DNA of 14,489 nt from NCBI GenBank assembly GCA_038858525.1, contig JAWCFL010000022.1, forward strand, positions 16,585 to 31,073, written 5' to 3'. A program made the position numbers and the translations under genes. Within the stretch, counting starts at the first letter, position 1; every line of letters begins with the position of its first letter. The notes beneath the pieces are model-generated. The model searched no databases. It worked only from the letters and a program-made list of their open reading frames with translations, and was not told where the DNA came from. The stretch comes from Candidatus Jordarchaeales archaeon. GTDB lineage: Archaea; Asgardarchaeota; Jordiarchaeia; Jordiarchaeales; Freyrarchaeaceae. Shown piece after piece: positions 7,702 to 14,489 of the stretch.

Positions 7702-8454
7702 CTAAATGTGTCCACTGACGCCCCCCTCCCCCTCCTTTCGCTCGATGATTATGTTTCCCTCCTCGTCCACGTAGCCTACCTGTCTTGCAGGTATTCCCAT
7801 CCAAACGGTTCTCGGCGGTATCTTTGTTTTCTTAGGGATCAGCGACATTGCAGCAATCACCGCTCCATCTCCTATTTCAACTCCGGGCAGAACTATCGTG
7901 TTCCCGCCTATGAGCACGTTCCTTCCTATCTTCACTCTTCCAACGTAGATCTTCTTGCCGTCAAGGGCGTGCCCCGAAATTATAGAGCCTCCACCTGCAA
8001 CGGAGCCATCACCCATCTCTACGAGCGGCGGGTCTATGATGGACGAAGCTATGGCGTTGCGCCCCATTCTGGCTCCAATTATCCTGAGCACATGGCTTGC
8101 GAGCCCAGGCTGGCCGAGAGGCAGAAAGCCCACAAGGTAGCGCCCCATCGACGTCAGCGACGCGTTAAGCATCCAGTTTCCGACGTTAGGGTTTGACGGG
8201 TCCATGTCATAGTATCCTTCATTAACCGGCCTGAGGGACGCCCTGATCAGCCCTAGAGCGGCGAAGTTGAACGTCCACTTAGCGATCAAGTATATCAGCG
8301 GAGTCAAAGCCGCCCACACGTAGAAGGGCAAACCCGGCACAGCTAAATGGACAACGTAGCAAAAAGCAAGAACAATGGGGAAAGCGATCAGCCCGGATCC
8401 AATCAGAACACCATAAAGCCAAGCAGTAACGTTTGGAGCCTTTCCACCCTTCAT
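7702..8454 (-). CDS. Membrane-anchored hexapeptide-repeat (left-handed beta-helix) acyltransferase-like protein
   Basis: Two N-terminal TM helices, then repeats VKIGRNVLIGGNTIVLPGVEIGDGAVIAAMS and a terminal GIPAR. RBS GAGGTGA. Confidence 0.88.
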   Translation of the reverse strand: MKGGKAPNVTAWLYGVLIGSGLIAFPIVLAFCYVVHLAVPGLPFYVWAALTPLIYLIAKWTFNFAALGLIRASLRPVNEGYYDMDPSNPNVGNWMLNASLTSMGRYLVGFLPLGQPGLASHVLRIIGARMGRNAIASSIIDPPLVEMGDGSVAGGGSIISGHALDGKKIYVGRVKIGRNVLIGGNTIVLPGVEIGDGAVIAAMSLIPKKTKIPPRTVWMGIPARQVGYVDEEGNIIIERKEGEGGVSGHI

Positions 8455-8607
8455 TCAATCACCTCTGAGAAACGCTAAACGGTTAAATGAAAACTAGCTA
8501 CTAATAAGGAATACTGTCGCCACAAAATTTTTTATTTAAGCGGTCATGTGCGCTTTACCGAGTAGTTGAATATGCATCCTTTTCGCTTAGTGAGCACTAC
8601 GGGAGCA

Positions 8608-9138
8608 CTACGGAATTCTGAATATTATTTCCTCGTATCCTCCTATTATGTCCCTTTCCCTCGCCCATAACGAAAGTATGTTAGCGTGCACCTCGTACTC
8701 CATTAGTGTCCTAACATCAACTATCTCGGCCCCCTCCGGGAAAACCCATATCGCTTCACAGTCGTAATCGAGCTCTTCCTCTTCGCTCCAAGTAACATAG
8801 GTGTTAAGCCCGGAGACCAGGTTTCCCCTAAAGGTAATGACCCAAGTTACGAATGGCAGTTCTTCCCTCCCCCTGAACCCCAAGTCTATGAAGACCACTT
8901 CCGGGTGGACAGGCTCCCCGTTAACCTCATTTTTCTCCTCATCCAAGAACCCCTGCATATTGTCCCAAAGTCTGTTCATCTCCCTAGCATACTCGTCGGG
9001 GTCAGCCTCCAGGGAGGCATAGTACCCTTCAGGGTCATAGTAGTCGTAAATCAAGTACTGGCAGAACTCACCGGACTCCGACACGTTAAAATAAGTATGG
9101 GCGTGAAGAGGAACAACTTCTTCATCAGGCGCACTCAA
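8608..9138 (-). CDS. Acidic hypothetical protein (176 aa)
   Basis: Open frame with protein-like composition. Start reassigned from GTG 9204 to TTG 9138, which lies 8 nt after GGAGG. Confidence 0.8.
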   Translation of the reverse strand: MSAPDEEVVPLHAHTYFNVSESGEFCQYLIYDYYDPEGYYASLEADPDEYAREMNRLWDNMQGFLDEEKNEVNGEPVHPEVVFIDLGFRGREELPFVTWVITFRGNLVSGLNTYVTWSEEEELDYDCEAIWVFPEGAEIVDVRTLMEYEVHANILSLWARERDIIGGYEEIIFRIP

Positions 9139-9480
9139 TTCATATTCCTCCAACAAAGAGAAGCCCCAAGCCGCCTCTATAAACTTTATTAGCCTACCAT
9201 GCACCTCAACGGCTATACCTCTTTTTTCGAGCCTTTTTGCCCACTTAAACCCGGTCAGTTTTTCAGGCTTTAACTAAGAGTCTGTCACCAAAAAGCAGTT
9301 TATCGGTCACCCTCATATTTGCAGTGCGGCTTTGTAAGACATAAATGTTTTTCAGTGTTTCGTTTAATGAAGGGGAAAAGTTAAAGTTAAAATTGGAGGA
9401 AGATAAAGGATGTTAGGCATTATTAAGGACGCTTCCGCGTGTTTTTGAAGGGTCTTGTCTCGCGGAGAGGGGGAAAATGT

Positions 9481-10512
9481 ATGTCTGTTTTGAGGTTGCT
9501 GTTTACCGTTCTGAGGAACCTTCGCCAAATACTGCTTGTTTCATCCATAACTCGGACTCTTGATGTTCTTGCTGTTTTGAAGCTGATAATCTACCTCGAT
9601 AAGCTGGGCGTCTTGGAATTTATGAGTGAACCACGTGGCATTGACGAGATTTCAGGATTCCTTGGAGGAGTTAAAAAGCTTGACTTGCTTAAGGATATCC
9701 TTTCGACTTTAAGGGATGCGGGTGTTCTTGCGAGTGAAGACGACAAGTTTCGTGTCGACTGGAGGATGGTGGAGCAGTTTCGTGCTATGAGAGAGAAACA
9801 TCCAGCCATACGCGTCTTTGAGGTTTTACTGAGGGGAATCGAAAACATGCTTTACAGCGTCGCCCTCAACGTTCTCAGGGGAGCCGCCGTCAGCTTCGTC
9901 TCGCCAGAAGTGGCGACGGTGCTATACTTCCAAAGGCAGCACCCTCTTTTCGACACAGCACGCCGCCTCGCCCTAGAGCTCGGAGGCGGGAAACGCCTTA
10001 AGGGGAAAGTTATACTCGACGTTGGCTGCGGCTTCGGAGCTGGGACGGCATCCATACTTGATTACCTGGACTTTGACTGCCACGTTATATGTGCAGACTT
10101 CTACCCCAACGTTCTTGACGAATGCGCGCACATGATAGTGAAGCCTCCAGGATCCTCGGAGAAGCGGCTGGGAGAGCTAAGCAACGTTAACTTCGTCCTC
10201 CTCGACTCCTCGATGAAATCCAAGTGGCCGATCCCTGACGAAAGCGTCGACGTCGTCTTCAGCTTCGACCAGTTCCAGTGGAGCCACAAGCCGCAAGAAA
10301 TGATGAACGAGTTTGCAAGAATCCTCAAGAGAAACGGAATACTCATACTCACCACGTCGATAAGAAGAAAAGAAAGCCCCATAGACGTAACCACACGCCT
10401 GTTCGGCGCCAATAAAGCATACTCTAAACAGGAAATAATCACGCTACTAAAAAACGCCGGCTTCAAACACTGGAAAATCTACTTTTCAGCATTCGTAATA
10501 GCCAAAAAGTAA
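9481..10512 (+). CDS. Class I SAM-dependent methyltransferase with an N-terminal helical/wHTH-like domain
   Basis: SAM motif ILDVGCGFGAGT, ICADF, ESVDVVFS and RILKRNGIL. Start set at ATG 9481 after the purine-rich GGAGAGGGGG. Confidence 0.9.
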   Translation: MSVLRLLFTVLRNLRQILLVSSITRTLDVLAVLKLIIYLDKLGVLEFMSEPRGIDEISGFLGGVKKLDLLKDILSTLRDAGVLASEDDKFRVDWRMVEQFRAMREKHPAIRVFEVLLRGIENMLYSVALNVLRGAAVSFVSPEVATVLYFQRQHPLFDTARRLALELGGGKRLKGKVILDVGCGFGAGTASILDYLDFDCHVICADFYPNVLDECAHMIVKPPGSSEKRLGELSNVNFVLLDSSMKSKWPIPDESVDVVFSFDQFQWSHKPQEMMNEFARILKRNGILILTTSIRRKESPIDVTTRLFGANKAYSKQEIITLLKNAGFKHWKIYFSAFVIAKK

Positions 10513-10950
10513 GCCTCTGGGGAGAACTCCTCCATCCACTTGCACGTGCACACCTCAACATGGCATTTAATGAAAAACAGCTCCCACAAAGGCTAGTGTG
10601 CTCGAAAGCACAGAACCAACCAATACTTTCACATTAAACAAGAAGCCCGTATCACGAACTCCTCGGTGCGAAAGTTACTCTGGAACATTGCTTTCTCATA
10701 GTTATTATCTTAGTGAGTTTGACGTTTCCGGCTTCCACGCATAGATTTGAGGCTGCCTTGAATCATGATGGCTACGCCTCTGTGAAGTAGGAATTCCAGT
10801 CGGCGCCCCCCTACTTTTCAGCTTCATCCTGCAACCCCCTCACCAGCTCCACTTAAAATGGCATCCGGCGAGTCTTTTTGTCAAGCCTCCATGAGCGACC
10901 AGAAACGTCGAGCATTCAACGTCTCAAAGTTAATTTAACGCCTCGCAGAT

Positions 10951-10972
10951 ATAACAATAAAATAACAATAAA
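10951..10972 (+). repeat. Perfect tandem direct repeat 2 x ATAACAATAAA
   Basis: ATAACAATAAA at 10951-10961 and again at 10962-10972. Confidence 0.85.
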
Positions 10973-11005
10973 AATGGACAGCGGTTCTAACGGTTTTTCC
11001 AAGCA

Positions 11006-11014
11006 TTTTTTAAA
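11006..11014 (+). promoter_or_regulatory. Putative TATA box for the acyl-CoA synthetase gene
   Basis: TTTTTTAAA, 33-41 nt above ATG 11047. Confidence 0.5.
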
Positions 11015-11046
11015 TTCGCTTATGGATGCCTCTTGAGGGTGAAAGA

Positions 11047-12465
11047 ATGCCGCTTTCAAGTGGCAAATCATCTATAGACTTGTTTTTTAATCCTAAGAGC
11101 GTGGTAGTCGTAGGCTCTATGGGATCACCTTTCTTTGGGGCGCGTGTCGTAGCCTTCAACATGAGGAAGTTTGGTTTCAAGGGGCAGATATACCTGGTTA
11201 ACCCGAAGTATAAGTCTGTGGACGGATTTGATGTTTACCCCAACGTTAGAAGCGTCCCCGGTGAAGTTGACCTAGCTGTGATCATCACTTCTGCTGAAGC
11301 AGTATCAGGGGTGATCGACGACTGCGGAGAGAAGGGTGTTGAAGCCGCCGTGGTTGTGGCTGACGGCTTCGCCGAGAGAGGAGCTAAGGGAGCGGCACTA
11401 CAGAAGAGAATGGTCGAAACGGCAAGGAGGTGGGGGATCCGCGTCCTTGGACCTAACACTATAGGCGTTCTGGATGCTTGGAGCGGCGTCGTCACCAACC
11501 CTTACTACATTGACTATGATTCTTTGAGACGTGGCCCAGTGGCTCTTGTGGCTCAGACGGGCATAATTGGGCCTCAGGCGATGAGCTTCTGCGACATGCG
11601 TCTCCCCCTAAGCAAGGTGTGCGACCTCGGCAACAAGTGCGACGTAGATGAGTCGGACATATTGGAGTACCTCGGAGATGATCCGGGCACGAAGGTGATC
11701 GCCATGCACCTTGAAGACGTCAAGGATGGACGCCGCTTCATGCGGGTGGCGAGGAAAGTGACTGCAGAGAAACCGGTCATAGTCCTTAAGCCCGGGAAGA
11801 CCGAGGAAAGCGCTAGAGCCGTGCAGTCTCATACTGGCGCAATGGCGGGTAACTATGCTGTTTACGAATCTGCCATGAAGCAGGCGGGCATATTACTTGT
11901 TGACACTTTTCAAGAGCTGCTGAGTATCCCAAAGATTTTCGCCTACCAACCTCTCCCGCGCGGAAACCGCCTTGGGATAGTGACTATAACGGGAGGAGGC
12001 GGCGTTATGGCGATAGATGCAGCCTCCCGTATGGGCCTCAGACTGGCCAAGCTTTCACGTGAATCCATAGAGAAACTGGCATCGATACATCCGTCGATGG
12101 CATCTCACCCTGTTGATGTGGGGCCAGCCTTCCCTGTCTCCGACGACCCTCGAAAACTCTACAAGGGATCGTGGAGCATAGTGCTTAACGACGAGAACGT
12201 TGACGCTGCCTTCATAACTCTCTACGCAACCCGATGGTTTCCTCATAAAGAGATAGCGGAAGAGCTCTCACGCCTCCGGGAAACGGGAAAGCCTGTGGCG
12301 GTCTGGGCTTACGGCCCAAGGATCGAGGACATAGTAAGCCTCTACCAAGCTCTGGAAGAAGCAGAAGTCCCCTTCTTCTTCACAATAGAAGAGGCGATTA
12401 AAGCGCTCGCCTTAACCCATCACTACGCCCAGATTAAAGAAAAACTGAGAAAATATGTTACCTAA
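11047..12465 (+). CDS. acdA: NDP-forming acyl-CoA synthetase alpha-like subunit (CoA-binding and ligase domains)
   Basis: FFNPKSVVVVG, IYLVNPK, VPGEVDLAVI, GFAE, RVLGPNTIG, DLGNKCDV, phospho-His motif SHTGAMAG and GNRLGIVTITGGGGV. Start set at ATG 11047 after GGGTGA. Confidence 0.92.
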   Translation: MPLSSGKSSIDLFFNPKSVVVVGSMGSPFFGARVVAFNMRKFGFKGQIYLVNPKYKSVDGFDVYPNVRSVPGEVDLAVIITSAEAVSGVIDDCGEKGVEAAVVVADGFAERGAKGAALQKRMVETARRWGIRVLGPNTIGVLDAWSGVVTNPYYIDYDSLRRGPVALVAQTGIIGPQAMSFCDMRLPLSKVCDLGNKCDVDESDILEYLGDDPGTKVIAMHLEDVKDGRRFMRVARKVTAEKPVIVLKPGKTEESARAVQSHTGAMAGNYAVYESAMKQAGILLVDTFQELLSIPKIFAYQPLPRGNRLGIVTITGGGGVMAIDAASRMGLRLAKLSRESIEKLASIHPSMASHPVDVGPAFPVSDDPRKLYKGSWSIVLNDENVDAAFITLYATRWFPHKEIAEELSRLRETGKPVAVWAYGPRIEDIVSLYQALEEAEVPFFFTIEEAIKALALTHHYAQIKEKLRKYVT

Positions 12466-12494
12466 GCAGCCAAGGCTCCTCTTCCGCGTACAAC

Positions 12495-12507
12495 TCTTTA
12501 TTTTTCT
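12495..12507 (+). terminator. Putative oligo-T terminator after acdA
   Basis: TCTTTATTTTTCT, 30 nt past the stop. Confidence 0.35.
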
Positions 12508-12597
12508 CAGTTCCAGGTTTGTTATGAGTGGTGCTATGCCAAAATTTATTTTCATTGTTCTCTCTCTCTTTCTTGGAGAGGGACTGGAGGGTCATCC

Positions 12598-14489
12598 TTG
12601 AATCTCTCGTTCTGGGTTTTGGATGTTGGTCAGAAGACCGGTAAGAATCCGCGTGTTCTACTTTGGGGGATTAACGATAAGGGAGAAAGAGTATTAGTAT
12701 TCGACACGTTTACCCCCCACCTCTACATAACCCCCAAGCCAGGCGTATCGGTCGAGTCTCTTCTTGAGGCCGTTAAATCATCCTCGATCGAGGCTTCCCC
12801 CATAACAGCGGTCAACGTTGTAGAGCGGCGCCTACTTGGAAAGCCGGTAAAGTGCCTCATGGCGTCATTCGAAGACCCGGACTACTCTCCTCACTACGCT
12901 AGGAAGCTTGAAAGGCTTCCTGGTGTTGAAGGCTGCTTCGAGGCTGACATAAGGTTCTACACGAAATACCTTAACTACATAGGCGTCACACCGTGCTGCT
13001 GGCACACGTTGAAAGTTTCTCCCGAAGGAGGAGACCGCTACAAGATTTACGTGGCGGAGACGCACCCTAAGCCTTCAGGCGAAGAGCGCCCACCACACCT
13101 TAAGCTGCTCGGCTTCAAGATTGACGTTTATAGCCCTACAGGCTCCATGAACCCCGAAATAGACCCTGTGATCCTCATATCAACGGTGACCGGGGACGGA
13201 CTTGTGCGACAGTTCGAGGCTGAAGGGCACGACGATAGAGGCGCCATAAAGTCGTTTGTCTCGTTTGTCTCAGATTATGACCCGGACGTTATAGTTGGCT
13301 TCTATTCTAACTTCTTCGACCTCCAATACCTCATCAATAGGGCAAAGCACCTCGGCGTCAAGTTTACTATAAACAGGGATGGGTCAGAGCCCCACGTTAG
13401 CGTCTATGGACACGTCTCCGTCGTAGGGAGAGCTCACATCGATCTTTACGACGCCGCCAGCATACTCCCTGAAGTAAAGCTAAAGACGCTGAGGAACATC
13501 GCGGACTACCTTAAGGTTGAAGCCGAAGCCCCGAGGGTGAACGTCGACTTCACTCAGGTTCCACGCTACTGGGATACTCCCTCCCTTAAAAGCAGAATTC
13601 TGGAGGCGTCACGTCACGACGTGGAACTCATACTCGGGATTGCCGAGAAGCTCCTGCCGACAGTTGTATCCATGTCTCAAGTTTCAGGAATGCCCCTAGA
13701 CCAAGTGATGAGGGCTGGCGTAGGCTTCAGAGTTGAGAACATGCTGATGAGAGAAGCTCATGCTTCAGGGGAGCTTGTCCCAGCTAGGGTTGAGCGCGCT
13801 AGGCAGCCCTACGTCGGAGGATATGTTCTCGAGCCGAAGCCCGGGATCTACAGGAACGTCGCCGTCCTCGACTTTGCCTCCATGTACCCTAACATAATGA
13901 TAAAGTTCAACGTTTCACCTGACACCTATGTTTCACCCGACGAAAAAGTAACGGACGATGAGGTTCACGTGGCTCCCGAGGTTAACCACAGATTCAGGAA
14001 GGAGCCCCCAGGATTCTATAAAAGAGTTCTAGAGAAGCTTATCAAAGTTAGGCGAGAAATAAGGGAACGGATGAAGAAGATTTCTCCCGGAAGTCCAGAC
14101 TACCATCTCCTCGACGAGAGGCAGAGAGCTGTTAAAACGATGACTAATGCGGTATACGGGTATTGTGGCTGGACGGGCGCCAAGTGGTACCTGCGACAGG
14201 TGGCTGAGGCAACTGCAGCGTGGGGCAGAGAAACCATAAAGAAAACCATAGAAATAGCTGAAAAGCACGGGTTAAAAGTGCTCTACGCCGACACCGACAG
14301 CGTATTCATAAACAACGTCCCTGAGAAGGTTGAGGCGTTCAGCCGCGAAGTCGAGTCAACTCTAAGCTTAGAGATGAAACCAGACAAGACCTATGTGAAG
14401 GTCTTCTTTTCTGGCGCAAAGAAGCGCTACGCAGGCCTCCTCGACGACGGCACGCTAGACGTGGTGGGTTTCGAGGTGGTGAGAGGAGA
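12598..14489 (+). CDS. polB: Family B DNA polymerase, archaeal PolB3-type (3' truncated by the window edge)
   Basis: Hand-translated from TTG 12598 (after GGAGG) with no stop to the window end. N-terminus MNLSFWVLDV...LWGINDKGERV; EADIRF; motif A DFASMYPNIM (13870); motif B KTMTNAVYGY; motif C YADTDS (14284); KKRYAG. No intein in the visible part. Confidence 0.97.
   Translation, partial: MNLSFWVLDVGQKTGKNPRVLLWGINDKGERVLVFDTFTPHLYITPKPGVSVESLLEAVKSSSIEASPITAVNVVERRLLGKPVKCLMASFEDPDYSPHYARKLERLPGVEGCFEADIRFYTKYLNYIGVTPCCWHTLKVSPEGGDRYKIYVAETHPKPSGEERPPHLKLLGFKIDVYSPTGSMNPEIDPVILISTVTGDGLVRQFEAEGHDDRGAIKSFVSFVSDYDPDVIVGFYSNFFDLQYLINRAKHLGVKFTINRDGSEPHVSVYGHVSVVGRAHIDLYDAASILPEVKLKTLRNIADYLKVEAEAPRVNVDFTQVPRYWDTPSLKSRILEASRHDVELILGIAEKLLPTVVSMSQVSGMPLDQVMRAGVGFRVENMLMREAHASGELVPARVERARQPYVGGYVLEPKPGIYRNVAVLDFASMYPNIMIKFNVSPDTYVSPDEKVTDDEVHVAPEVNHRFRKEPPGFYKRVLEKLIKVRREIRERMKKISPGSPDYHLLDERQRAVKTMTNAVYGYCGWTGAKWYLRQVAEATAAWGRETIKKTIEIAEKHGLKVLYADTDSVFINNVPEKVEAFSREVESTLSLEMKPDKTYVKVFFSGAKKRYAGLLDDGTLDVVGFEVVRG

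Noticed and set aside
10541-10612. Palindrome TGCACGTGCA (10541-10550) and hairpin TGTGCT-CGAA-AGCACA (10597-10612) downstream of the methyltransferase
   Set aside because: They are short and isolated, with no repeat array or RNA-family signature, so they do not support a CRISPR repeat or ncRNA call.
270-14268. Short overlapping ORFs in the supplied track (for example 270-575, 988-1191, 1495-1689, 2170-2442, 4568-4780, 5182-5451, 6404-6853, 7708-8196, 8905-9192, 9591-10466, 11235-12246, 12865-13065, 14029-14268)
   Set aside because: They are antisense or alternative-frame shadows of well-supported genes, with no recognisable motifs or RBS.
14284-14301. PolB motif C reads YADTDS rather than YGDTDS
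   Set aside because: Ala at this position occurs in active archaeal PolBs, and both catalytic Asp residues are present.
12598-14489. Possible intein in polB
   Set aside because: Spacing between motifs A, B and C is normal and there is no insertion at the usual sites in the visible part.

Overview
Archaeal chromosomal window: GGAGG/GGTGA-type ribosome-binding sites, TATA-like promoters and an archaeal PolB. The protein styles suggest a TACK or Asgard lineage, but this is inference. It holds 11 complete genes and one partial gene: a LeuD/HacB small subunit, an extended-SDR epimerase with a small membrane protein, an orphan membrane protein, a GlmS-like SIS protein overlapping a TIGR02253-like HAD protein, an EamA/DMT transporter, a membrane-anchored hexapeptide-repeat acyltransferase, an acidic hypothetical protein, a SAM methyltransferase, an NDP-forming acyl-CoA synthetase alpha-like subunit, and the 5' part of a PolB3-type DNA polymerase. 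The polymerase starts at TTG 12598, runs off the window and is missing from the ORF track. I found no rRNA, tRNA, CRISPR array or recognisable mobile element. Best leads: (1) a coupled SIS + HAD pair in which the HAD has lost its catalytic motifs and the SIS has lost its catalytic C-tail, suggesting a two-pseudoenzyme module; (2) a PolB with intact polymerase motifs but a degenerate proofreading site and uracil pocket; (3) a consistent third-codon-position gradient from G/T at the 5' end to A/C at the 3' end of transcription units on both strands.
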